From the NCBI RefSeq assembly GCF_041674905.1, contig NZ_JBAYUV010000007.1, positions 17,183 through 81,182 on the forward strand: a DNA stretch of 64,000 nt. Direction: 5' to 3'. This document shows, in pieces, positions 40,538 to 50,530 of this stretch (the first letter of the stretch is position 1; each line of letters starts with the position of its first letter). Both the position numbers and the translations under genes were made by a program. Below the pieces are notes generated by a model. It made no database searches. It saw nothing but the letters and a program-made list of their open reading frames with translations, and was not told the DNA's origin. The DNA comes from Hyphomicrobium sp. (GTDB taxonomy: Bacteria > Pseudomonadota > Alphaproteobacteria > Rhizobiales > Hyphomicrobiaceae).

Positions 40538-41341
40538 ATGGCCAGCTCTCAACCTTATGCTTATGGCGACACGCCGGTCGGAGTCATCGGCAACGACGAC
40601 TACGGTCCGGCGATTGCCGCGCGTATCGCGGCGTGCGGCTATCGTGTCCTCTATGCGGGATTGCCGGGATCGCCCGCCGTTACGCGCGGCCAACGGCTAG
40701 AACCCGCTTCGACGCCGACGGACGTTGCGTTCGAATGCCCTCTCGTTCTCGTCGCGGTCGACGATACGGAGGCCATGCGCAATCTCCTCACCGGAAATCC
40801 AGACCGAATGGGGATGGGCGCAGAGATGGAGCCGGGATCGGTCGTCGTCGATCTCGGCGCGCGCACGCCTCGCGAATTGCAGGCCCTTCTCGGACTGCTC
40901 GGCACGCGCGGCGTGGCGCTCGTCGATGCGGCGCTGATCGGCGGCCCGGACGCGGCCTCCGAAGGCCGGGCCAGGATCATGCTCGGCGGCTATCCCGACT
41001 CTGTCGAAATCGCCGATAAAGTGCTTTCGCTTCTCGGTCACGTCGAGCGTACCGGGCCGCTCGGCAGCGCGCACGCGGTCGCGGCGTTGATGGGTTACGT
41101 CGAAGCGGCGCACGCGATCGCGCGGGATGAAGCGCTGGCACTTGGGCGTGCGTGCGGGCTTACGCCCGAGGTTCTGGCGCGCATGCTTTCGGATGCAGCT
41201 CTGGCTCGCGAGACGAACGTCACGCGGCTCGGGCGGCACGCAGATCTGGCGCTCCGGATTGCCCGGGATCGTGGCTTCAGCGCCGATATCATCGATCTCG
41301 CGGCCGCGAAACAGGCGCGGCAGCAGAGCGAAAATCGTTGA
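40538..41341 (+). CDS. Beta-hydroxyacid dehydrogenase-fold protein (HIBADH/6PGDH NAD-binding-like) with a degenerate dinucleotide motif
   Basis: The overall pattern matches the family: VGVIGNDDYGPAIAARIA..., LVAVDDTEAMRNLL, VVVDLG, DAALIGGP...A..G, GSAHAVAALMGYV. However GxGxxG is replaced by GNDDYG. Confidence 0.6.
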   Translation: MASSQPYAYGDTPVGVIGNDDYGPAIAARIAACGYRVLYAGLPGSPAVTRGQRLEPASTPTDVAFECPLVLVAVDDTEAMRNLLTGNPDRMGMGAEMEPGSVVVDLGARTPRELQALLGLLGTRGVALVDAALIGGPDAASEGRARIMLGGYPDSVEIADKVLSLLGHVERTGPLGSAHAVAALMGYVEAAHAIARDEALALGRACGLTPEVLARMLSDAALARETNVTRLGRHADLALRIARDRGFSADIIDLAAAKQARQQSENR

Positions 41342-41433
41342 TGAGGCGCTTGGGTGTCGCTGCTGCAATCGAGGATGGCGCGCGACTCGCGTAGACATCG
41401 GGGCTGATCCCGTGACCAGCCCCGAGGCAAGAG

Positions 41434-43053
41434 ATGTCCGCACTTTTTCGAATTGTCTATGCCACGCATGCCAACGGAACGCATCATAAGCTGGCGCTCG
41501 ATGGCCTCGACGCGATGCCACGCAAGGACAAGGAGGCTTGGTCGCGGGTCGTCCTGAAACACGTCGAGCGCTTTCTCGAAGGTTCGAAAGCTCCGGACGT
41601 CACCTTCAAGGATTTCAAGAATCACGTTCTGCACGTGTCCGAGAATTATTGGGGCGGTGCGCCGCAGAAGGCGGACGAGTGGTATCGGCGGACAGTTGCC
41701 GAACTTAAGGCGGGCAACTGGCCGGACGCCGCCTATGCGGCCGGCGTGCTCAGCCACTATTACACCGATCCGGTCATGCCGTTTCACACCGGGCAGACAG
41801 AAGCCGAGAACGCCATCCATCGCTCGGCCGAGTGGAGCATCAACCGCTCTTACAATACGCTGCGCGCGATCGGCGAACGGCAGTTCGCGAACGTCGACGT
41901 TCCCGTTCCGACGGGCGGCAATTGGCTGAAGGAATTCGTGTGCGACGGCGCGGAGTTCTCACACCGCTATTACGAGAAGCTCATCGCGCATTACGACATT
42001 CACAAAGGTACGGTGAGGCCCGAAGACGGGCTTGACGATGTCGCGCGCACGATCGTCGCCGAGTTGTTGATGTACGCGGCCAAGGGCTACGGGCGCGTAC
42101 TCGATGCGGCCATCTCGGAAGCCGGCGTCGCGGCGCCCGAGGTCACGCTCACCGCCGAAACGTTCCTGGCGATGACGCAAATTCCCCGCAAGTTCATCGA
42201 AAAGCGGCTGACGAACGAAGAAGACCGCAAGCTCGTCGCGGCGATCTACGACGAGTTAAAAACGACGGGGCGGGTGGAGAATTCGCTGTCGGAAGACGAT
42301 CGGACGATCCGCGATCTGCATCGCACGGAAGTGCTCGAGCCGCAGCTCGCGCAACGCAGCGAGGCGCGCGCCGCAAAGGTGTCGGGCAGCGCGGTCGTTG
42401 CGCTGATGCAGACGCCGCCTGCAATCGCGGCTCAGATCGAAGCGCCGCCCGCGCACGATACGACGGCGCTCGAACTTGCCGTCGCGAAGTCGTCTCACAT
42501 CGCGTCCGACGTCACCGAGCATCCTCCCGCTTTGCCGGTGCAGGCCGATATGCAGGAGGCCGTCGCGCGGACGCCGCATCCGCGCCCGATCCCGGTTCGG
42601 GTGCCGGAAGAGAGAACCGCGGCTGGTCGCTCTTACCTCTTGGAAAGCGACGATCTCGAGGCCGCGCCCTCCATCGGACCGAAGATGGCGGAGAGCTTCG
42701 CGGCCATCGGCGTGCATACCGTCGGAGATTTTCTCGAATGCGATCCGATGGCGCTGGCGGAAGACCTCGACGACTCGCGTTTCGACAGCGAGACGCTGAC
42801 GGACTGGCAGGATCAGGCGCGGATGGTGATCGATGTTCCAGGTCTCAGGGGCACGCATGCGCAGCTTCTCGTCGGCTCCGGATATCGCACGGCGGAGGCG
42901 GTCGCGGAGGCCGATCCGGTCGCGCTTTCGGCGCATGTGCTGAAGTTCGCCGGGACGTCAGCAGGCAGGCGCGTACTGCGCGAAGGCCGCCCTCCGGACA
43001 TCGAGAAAATCAAAGGCTGGGTCAACGCCGCCAAGCACGCGATGGCGGCTTGA
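41434..43053 (+). CDS. Two-domain protein: N-terminal zinc phospholipase C / P1-nuclease-like helical domain + C-terminal DUF4332 (HhH-type) domain
   Basis: The N-terminus carries THHKLALDGL, WGGAP, AAGVLSHYYTDPVMPFHT...AIHRSAEW, a His/Asp-rich metal-site pattern. The C-terminus has tandem helix-hairpin-helix-like segments (APSIGPKMAESFAAIGVHTVGDFL; VPGLRGTHAQLLVGSGYRTAEAVA). The domain calls are made from memory. Confidence 0.55.
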   Translation: MSALFRIVYATHANGTHHKLALDGLDAMPRKDKEAWSRVVLKHVERFLEGSKAPDVTFKDFKNHVLHVSENYWGGAPQKADEWYRRTVAELKAGNWPDAAYAAGVLSHYYTDPVMPFHTGQTEAENAIHRSAEWSINRSYNTLRAIGERQFANVDVPVPTGGNWLKEFVCDGAEFSHRYYEKLIAHYDIHKGTVRPEDGLDDVARTIVAELLMYAAKGYGRVLDAAISEAGVAAPEVTLTAETFLAMTQIPRKFIEKRLTNEEDRKLVAAIYDELKTTGRVENSLSEDDRTIRDLHRTEVLEPQLAQRSEARAAKVSGSAVVALMQTPPAIAAQIEAPPAHDTTALELAVAKSSHIASDVTEHPPALPVQADMQEAVARTPHPRPIPVRVPEERTAAGRSYLLESDDLEAAPSIGPKMAESFAAIGVHTVGDFLECDPMALAEDLDDSRFDSETLTDWQDQARMVIDVPGLRGTHAQLLVGSGYRTAEAVAEADPVALSAHVLKFAGTSAGRRVLREGRPPDIEKIKGWVNAAKHAMAA

Positions 43054-43087
43054 CGGAGAGCCATCGAGTGCCGCCGTTGAGAGAGAC

Positions 43088-43125
43088 GTGGATGGCCGCC
43101 TGCGCGGCCATGACGTAGGGGTGAG
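43088..43125 (+). repeat. REP-like palindromic repeat, copy 2
   Basis: GTGGATGGCCGCCTGCGCGGCCATGACGTAGGGGTGAG. Confidence 0.75.
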
Positions 43126-43229
43126 CGGCGTTGGCGCGCATGGCGATGTGATCGTCATGTGTATTTCATCGCCACGTCGACTTGGTCATTACGCAGATTT
43201 GGTTATCGCTCGTCCGGAACATTAATTTC

Positions 43230-43257
43230 CGTCATGGCCGCGCAGGCGGCCATCCAT
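43230..43257 (-). repeat. REP-like palindromic repeat, copy 3 (inverted orientation)
   Basis: CGTCATGGCCGCGCAGGCGGCCATCCAT is the reverse complement of ATGGATGGCCGCCTGCGCGGCCATGACG. Confidence 0.75.
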
Positions 43258-43376
43258 GACTGGGTCGACAGGGGCGCTCGTATCGAGCCTGCTCGGAGCC
43301 TCTCCAGATGCATTCCCCCTTGAGGAAGAACGTTCGAGCGCGGGTGATCGTTTAAGGGCAGATCACAATGAGGAAT

Positions 43377-43445
43377 GTGGATGGCCGCCTGCGCGGCCAT
43401 GACGTAACGGGGGCGGCTGGCCGCCATGACGTAAGGGGTCAGGGC
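43377..43445 (+). repeat. REP-like palindromic repeat, copy 4, plus an adjacent degenerate half copy
   Basis: GTGGATGGCCGCCTGCGCGGCCATGACGTAACGGGGG is followed by CGGCTGGCCGCCATGACGTAAGGGGTCAGGGC. Confidence 0.7.
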
Positions 43446-43547
43446 GCGTATTGCGACACGATTGAGCGGTTCTCGACTGTGCCTGCCTCCGGAATCTAGG
43501 CCGTTAGCCCGACTTGCCATCGCCATTCAATAGAGCCACAATCGCAT

Positions 43548-45758
<2,211 letters not shown>

Positions 45759-45899
45759 GATAATTGAAATGCGATGCGCAATATTCGTCGCAATGCTCAA
45801 AAAATGGTATCTCTGAAACAGGCGCATGCTCAGCGTGACTCCTTCGCAAACAACGGCGCACGTTGAATTCGTGAAACTAGCACTTGATTGGCGTGTAAA

Positions 45900-46631
45900 A
45901 TGCTCACCCTCTATTCCTATCCGCCCCTATTCGGCGTGGCCGATAACAACGGGTATGGGCTGAAGGTCTATGCCTTCCTGCGCCTCGCGGGCGTACCCTT
46001 CAAACACGAGCACATCTTCGACGCGTCTTCCGCGCCGCGCGGTCAACTGCCCTACATCGTCGATGACGGTGAAACGATCGGCGACAGCAACGCGATCATG
46101 GCGCACGCCAAACGCAAGTACGGTGTCACCATCGACGACGCCCTGACGTCGGCAGAGCGCGACACCGACCTTCTCGTTACCCGCCTGCTCGACGATCTCT
46201 ATTGGGTGATGTCCTATTCGCGCTGGAAGGACGAGCTGTACTGGATGCAATTCCGTGACGCGCTGCTCCGCGAGCATCCGCAGCTGACGGAAGAAAGCCT
46301 CATTGCCGCGAAGGAATTCAATGCCCAGCGCTATCATTTCCAAGGCATCGGCCGCTACGAACCCGACGATGCGATGGCGCGCGGCCTGGCCGATCTTCAG
46401 GTCCTCGCGCACCTCATCCCCGAAATCGGCTTCGTGCATGGACCCGCGCCGTCAACTATCGACGCCGGAATTTACGGCTTCATCGCCAACATCTATTTCT
46501 ACGACATCGCGACGCCGCTGAAAAAGTTTGTCGATGCTCACGAGAACCTCGTGCGCCATTGCCGCGCGATCCACGGGATGGTCACCGTCGGCAAACGGAC
46601 TGAACAGCACTTACAATTTCACGAGCCATAG
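45900..46631 (+). CDS. Glutathione S-transferase family protein (GST_N_4/metaxin-like N-terminus)
   Basis: MLTLYSYPPLFGVADNNGYGLKVYAFLRLAGVPFK...RGQLPYIVDDGETIGDSNAIMAH is a thioredoxin-like GST N-domain. A helical C-domain follows. Confidence 0.62.
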   Translation: MLTLYSYPPLFGVADNNGYGLKVYAFLRLAGVPFKHEHIFDASSAPRGQLPYIVDDGETIGDSNAIMAHAKRKYGVTIDDALTSAERDTDLLVTRLLDDLYWVMSYSRWKDELYWMQFRDALLREHPQLTEESLIAAKEFNAQRYHFQGIGRYEPDDAMARGLADLQVLAHLIPEIGFVHGPAPSTIDAGIYGFIANIYFYDIATPLKKFVDAHENLVRHCRAIHGMVTVGKRTEQHLQFHEP

Positions 46632-46762
46632 CCTTAAATCCCGTTTTATCTCATCAAGACTTCGAAGATGCGCCAAAACGGGGAATCAAAAATGGGGCCA
46701 GGGTCTATCAGTTCGGCGAATTATTCGGCATTTTCCTGCTACTCGGCGCGACCGCGACCCAG

Positions 46763-47101
46763 ATGTTCTATCTCGATCCGTTGAAGCGCGAGATCGAATG
46801 GCGGCTTGCGGCTTTCAGCATCCAGCAGTCGGCGCAGGTTCAGCTGAAAGCCATCCACGATAACCGGATCGCGCTGCTGCAAGTGGCGAATGCGCCGGAG
46901 GAGAAGGTCAAGGAAGCCGAAGCCGAGCGGGATAAGAACCTCGACCGCTACCGGACCGCGGATGCAAATATTTCCGATTACATGATCGAGAAGGAAGGCG
47001 TGGAAGACATTCTGCAAGTGATTGTGCTTGCGCTGTTCGCGCTCGGCACCTTACTTGCGGGCTTCGGGCGCGCCATGGAGATGCGAACACATCGCGACTG
47101 A
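46763..47101 (+). CDS. Hypothetical protein with a coiled-coil and a C-terminal TM segment
   Basis: 112-aa ORF with the TM segment ILQVIVLALFALGTLLAGFG. The start is uncertain (see findings). The antisense ORF 46739..47017 looks less protein-like. Confidence 0.35.
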   Translation: MFYLDPLKREIEWRLAAFSIQQSAQVQLKAIHDNRIALLQVANAPEEKVKEAEAERDKNLDRYRTADANISDYMIEKEGVEDILQVIVLALFALGTLLAGFGRAMEMRTHRD

Positions 47102-47187
47102 GCCTGGGCACGATCAGGGCCTCCAGCAAGCTGGCCTCGCCTCGTCATCGTGCTACAAGCGCTAGACTATATCGATGCGGTGCAGAC

Positions 47188-47643
47188 ATGTATTATATTG
47201 CCGTCGTTCTTTTACTGCTGGTTCTTCCGGCGGCCTCCGTCGTCGTCGAGGCGCTCTATTCCTCCGGGGCCGATATCATGTGGCTTGTCGGGAAATGGTT
47301 TGTCTTCTGGGCGTGCGGCGTTCGCCTGCTTGCCGGTGGACTGATGCAGACGCTGAGACCGGAATTCACCGCGAAATCGATCTTCGAGATCGATGCTCCC
47401 GCAGCACACGCTATCGTCCGCGAAGTTGGATTCGGAAATCTGGCGATGGGAACGCTCGGGATTGCGAGCCTCTTCGAGCCCTCGTGGGTTGTCCCTGCCG
47501 CCATCGTCGGCGGATTATATTACGGATTTGCCGGGCTCGGACATGTTCTTCGTCGTGGCAATCTCAAAGAGCGATTTGCGCTATGGTCGGACCTCGCCAT
47601 CTCTGCGCTGCTCGCGGTGTTCGTCCTCAGCCGCCTCGGATAA
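47188..47643 (+). CDS. Hypothetical integral membrane protein (4 TM)
   Basis: 151 aa with clear TM helices (MYYIAVVLLLLVLPAASVVV; WFVFWACGVRLLAGGL; AIVGGLYYGFAGLG; LAISALLAVFVL). Confidence 0.6.
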   Translation: MYYIAVVLLLLVLPAASVVVEALYSSGADIMWLVGKWFVFWACGVRLLAGGLMQTLRPEFTAKSIFEIDAPAAHAIVREVGFGNLAMGTLGIASLFEPSWVVPAAIVGGLYYGFAGLGHVLRRGNLKERFALWSDLAISALLAVFVLSRLG

Positions 47644-47711
47644 CGATCAGCGGGCAGATCCGGCCGACCATGTTTTTGACGCATCACACTCCTATCCGAC
47701 GACGCTCGACA

Positions 47712-48353
47712 ATGAAGGTTTTCGATATGCGAACGCGAACTGCCTCTGCCCTGCTCGCTGTATTTTATGGATTGGCCGGATCGGCCGCGACGGCGGAAAC
47801 GCCCTCATCGTCGATCATCGCGCCGGTCCTCGGGCATCTGGTCGGTTTCACGCTGCCGGATGGGTTCGCGATGCAGAAGGAACAATCCGACGGCGGCCGA
47901 TATTTTCGCGCTGCCGCGCTGAAAGGTGAGAACCCTAGCAACTGGACGCAGCTCATCAGCATCACCGGCGTCAAGGATGTGGACAAGGATCCGACCAAGA
48001 ACGCGCAGTTCATCGCCGCGAACATTTCGAGCAGCATTCAAAAGCTCTGCCCCGACACCTTTTCAGTGAAGCCGCTGGGTCCGACGAAAATCGACGGACA
48101 GGACGCGTTCGTCGCGGTTACGAGCTGCGGGAAGGTCGAGCCGGATAAGCATAGCGAAACAGCGCTGACGATTGCGATCAAGGCCAGCGAAGCCATCTAT
48201 ACGATCCAGTGGGCGGAGCGCGCGCCAGCGAACGCCGAAAACCTGACGATCGACGAAAGCAAATGGAAAAACCGGTTGAAGCAGATGGTGCCTTTCCGGA
48301 TCTGCCCTATCGTCGCCGGAGAAAAAGAACCGTACCCGAGCTGCGGAAAATAA
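47712..48353 (+). CDS. Hypothetical secreted protein (213 aa)
   Basis: Internal ATG of ORF 47175..48353 with signal peptide MKVFDMRTRTASALLAVFYGLAGSAATA. No family recognised. Confidence 0.55.
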   Translation: MKVFDMRTRTASALLAVFYGLAGSAATAETPSSSIIAPVLGHLVGFTLPDGFAMQKEQSDGGRYFRAAALKGENPSNWTQLISITGVKDVDKDPTKNAQFIAANISSSIQKLCPDTFSVKPLGPTKIDGQDAFVAVTSCGKVEPDKHSETALTIAIKASEAIYTIQWAERAPANAENLTIDESKWKNRLKQMVPFRICPIVAGEKEPYPSCGK

Positions 48354-48436
48354 TTGAGCGCCGCGTGCGCCCTTTTCAAAGCTCGCGAACAGTGCGAGTC
48401 TTCCTCCATCAGCAACAATCGAGAGGAGGTGATCCG

Positions 48437-48514
48437 ATGTCTTGTGGGATCTTGAGGCGGTCGATGTCGTGGTCGCTCAGACTTGCATCCGGAAATCTCC
48501 CGGGGTGTGCCTGA
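48437..48514 (+). CDS. Candidate 25-codon small ORF (MSCGILRRSMSWSLRLASGNLPGCA)
   Basis: The ATG lies 7 nt after the GGAGG core of AGGAGGTGATCC (48424-48435), a 12-nt perfect complement of the canonical 16S 3' end. A terminator hairpin follows about 50 nt downstream. There is no homology evidence. Confidence 0.25.
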   Translation: MSCGILRRSMSWSLRLASGNLPGCA

Positions 48515-48565
48515 TACGACGAGCGCGGACATCGCACTCCGCTTTCATGACGAATGATCTCACGG

Positions 48566-48591
48566 GGGCCGCTGTCAAAAGCGGCCCTTTT
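48566..48591 (+). terminator. Rho-independent terminator-like hairpin
   Basis: GGGCCGCT-GTCAAA-AGCGGCCC followed by TTTT. Confidence 0.55.
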
Positions 48592-48661
48592 CATTTGCGA
48601 GAGGTTTGTGACTTCGATTGTCTCCAGCTGTTTTGTTGTAACCAAAACACCACAGCAATAT

Positions 48662-48688
48662 CGAATCAGTGAGACGTGATTCGTTTTT
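48662..48688 (+). terminator. Rho-independent terminator-like hairpin
   Basis: CGAATCA-GTGAGACG-TGATTCG followed by TTTTT. Confidence 0.5.
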
Positions 48689-48872
48689 CTGTGGAAGACC
48701 CTCTCTTGCTGACTTAACGTCCTGCTCGTGGGACAGCCGATCGGGGGACCGGCTGGGGGGGAGCAAGACGCCCACACATGCCGTAACGATGCGCAGGTTC
48801 TAATCTCGCTGCATTGATACGCCCAATACCAGCTTGGCTTGCGGCGGGTCCGGGGGGACCTACAGGGCGGCC

Positions 48873-48913
48873 AAAAAGAAATGGGTGGCATTATCTGCCA
48901 CCCATTTCTTTTT
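48873..48913. terminator. Bidirectional terminator (A-run, 14-bp stem, T-run)
   Basis: AAAAAGAAATGGGTGGCA-TTATC-TGCCACCCATTTCTTTTT, located 70 nt downstream of the stop of the minus-strand deacetylase gene. Confidence 0.7.
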
Positions 48914-48982
48914 CGTCGCGACGCTAGCTTATGCGCGTCGCTTCCATACGTGCACGGCGTTATTGCGCGCTGGCCCTTGCTG

Positions 48983-50305
48983 CTATTCGCCGAACCAGAG
49001 CTTCCACGTCTCCTTGGCGCGCTCCATCAGAGATTTGTGCGGCGCTGCGGGCGCGGCATCCTTGGCCGGGGGTTCCGTTGCGGCGGCCGGCTCTGCTTCG
49101 CCATTGCCTGAAACCGTGCGCACGACGGACGCGGTGGTCATCGACGGCGGCGACGCCGCTGCAGTTCCGGAAGACGCAACCGGCGCCGCGGTTGGCTGCG
49201 TTGTTTGCGCGGCCTGTGTGCCGGCAGAGGAAGATGCGCTCGGCGGTTCGTTGGACGATTGCTTGCCGGGAGCTGAAGTTGTGCTGGACGGCGGGGACGC
49301 TTCCGGAGATGCGGATTTCTCCGCGGGCGAGGATGCCGCCGGAAAGGCCGGAAGCGGAGCGTGCGCGCTGTCTTCCACGGGTGGAGCAGGCATTCCCTCA
49401 GGCTCGCTTGCACCGCTCGCGGCGTCATCGGGCGGCGACGTTGCGCCAACGGTCTTGACGACGCTCGACATCGGCCGTTCGGCGCCGACCTGCGGCAGCC
49501 CCTTCGCCTCTTTTTCGATCGTCTCGTCGAATTCGGCGAGCGTTACGACCGGAGCCTTCGCCGTCAGATGCACGATCTTGTAACCCTTGGCCTTCATCTG
49601 CGCGAGGAGAAGGGGCAGAGCCTGCGCCGTGCGCTTGTGAATGTCGTGCATCAAGATGATGCCCTTGCCGCGCTTGTCGAGTTTCGCGATGACCGACTTG
49701 ACGAGATGGTCAACGGTCTGCGGCTTGTAGTCGATACTGTCGATGTCGGTCGAAAACATCGCAATGTTGCGTTTGCCGAGATAGGCGACGGCTTCCGGCG
49801 TATCGACGAGCGTCGGGAAACGGAAAAATGGTGCGATCGGTCCGCCGACGGCACGGTGGACGCCGCTGATGCCGCGCTCGATCTCGGCCCTGCCCTCCTC
49901 GAAGGTTTTTGCCTTGGCGATGGCCTTGTGGCTCCAGGTGTGCGTTCCGACGGTGTGACCGGCCTTGGAAACCTCGCGAATGATTTCAGGGTAACCCAGC
50001 GCCATCTTGCCGATCGAGAAGAACGTCGCCTTCACGCACTCGTCGGCGAGCGCCTTCAAGACGGCTTCGGTGGAGTACTTCTGCGGGCCGTCGTCGAAGG
50101 TCAGTACGACCTCTTTGTCTTGCAGGAAGTCGTAGGCCTTGTAGTGCTCCATGCCGAAGCCCGGGCCGCCGGTGGTGTCGATTTCAACCGTGCGCGAGAC
50201 GCCCAGCGTTCCGGCTTTCGGGCATGCGTCTTCAGCCGATGCCGCGACCGAGACGCCGCTCAGCAATGCGAACACACAACCCCGCACTAACCAGTGCATT
50301 GCCAT
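48983..50305 (-). CDS. Polysaccharide deacetylase (NodB homology domain) with a ~170-aa Pro/Ala/Ser-rich C-terminal region
   Basis: Signal peptide MAMHWLVRGCVFALLSGVSVAASA, then LTFDDGP, HTVGTHTWSH and ILMHDIH (NodB motifs). The tail (48983-~49500) is low complexity. Confidence 0.8.
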   Translation of the reverse strand: MAMHWLVRGCVFALLSGVSVAASAEDACPKAGTLGVSRTVEIDTTGGPGFGMEHYKAYDFLQDKEVVLTFDDGPQKYSTEAVLKALADECVKATFFSIGKMALGYPEIIREVSKAGHTVGTHTWSHKAIAKAKTFEEGRAEIERGISGVHRAVGGPIAPFFRFPTLVDTPEAVAYLGKRNIAMFSTDIDSIDYKPQTVDHLVKSVIAKLDKRGKGIILMHDIHKRTAQALPLLLAQMKAKGYKIVHLTAKAPVVTLAEFDETIEKEAKGLPQVGAERPMSSVVKTVGATSPPDDAASGASEPEGMPAPPVEDSAHAPLPAFPAASSPAEKSASPEASPPSSTTSAPGKQSSNEPPSASSSAGTQAAQTTQPTAAPVASSGTAAASPPSMTTASVVRTVSGNGEAEPAAATEPPAKDAAPAAPHKSLMERAKETWKLWFGE

Positions 50306-50530
50306 TGCCGTTCTCCCCGTTGGTCCGACATTCGATCTAGCAAAGCCGTCACGCGAAACAGCCCGTTTTCCCTGCCGCAATTCCCCGATATCGCTCGAAA
50401 TGGAGCATCGGTTAGCTCGGCACTCAGTACAAGTGTCGCACGAGTCGGCATTCGGTGCAGCTGCGGTTGCTGGCATCAAATTCCGCGCCTAATTTCAGCG
50501 TCATAGAAAGCACAACGGAGATAGCTTCTC

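Noticed and set aside
43088-43445. CRISPR array hypothesis for the repeated 28-nt units
   Set aside because: There are only 3.5 copies. One is inverted, spacers are unequal (about 105 and 120 nt) and no cas genes are present. The units are hairpin REP-type elements.
47175-47711. N-terminal 179 codons of ORF 47175..48353
   Set aside because: It overlaps the well-formed 4-TM membrane protein gene 47188..47643 in another frame and is Arg/Cys-rich. The secreted protein starts at 47712.
48424-48435. 16S rRNA gene fragment on the minus strand (GGATCACCTCCT)
   Set aside because: The flanking sequence does not continue into the conserved 16S 3' region (…GAACCTGCGGCTGGATCACCTCCTT). Only the 12-mer matches.
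48690-48872. Possible tmRNA, 6S, SRP or RNase P RNA in the structured GC-rich stretch
   Set aside because: I could not find the diagnostic cores: the SRP GGAA tetraloop/symmetric-loop sequence, a tmRNA tag reading frame ending in (L/V)AA with a tRNA-like end, or RNase P GGAAAGUCC. The best in-frame peptide, NDAQVLISLH, does not look like a tag. It is kept only as an unassigned candidate in the findings.
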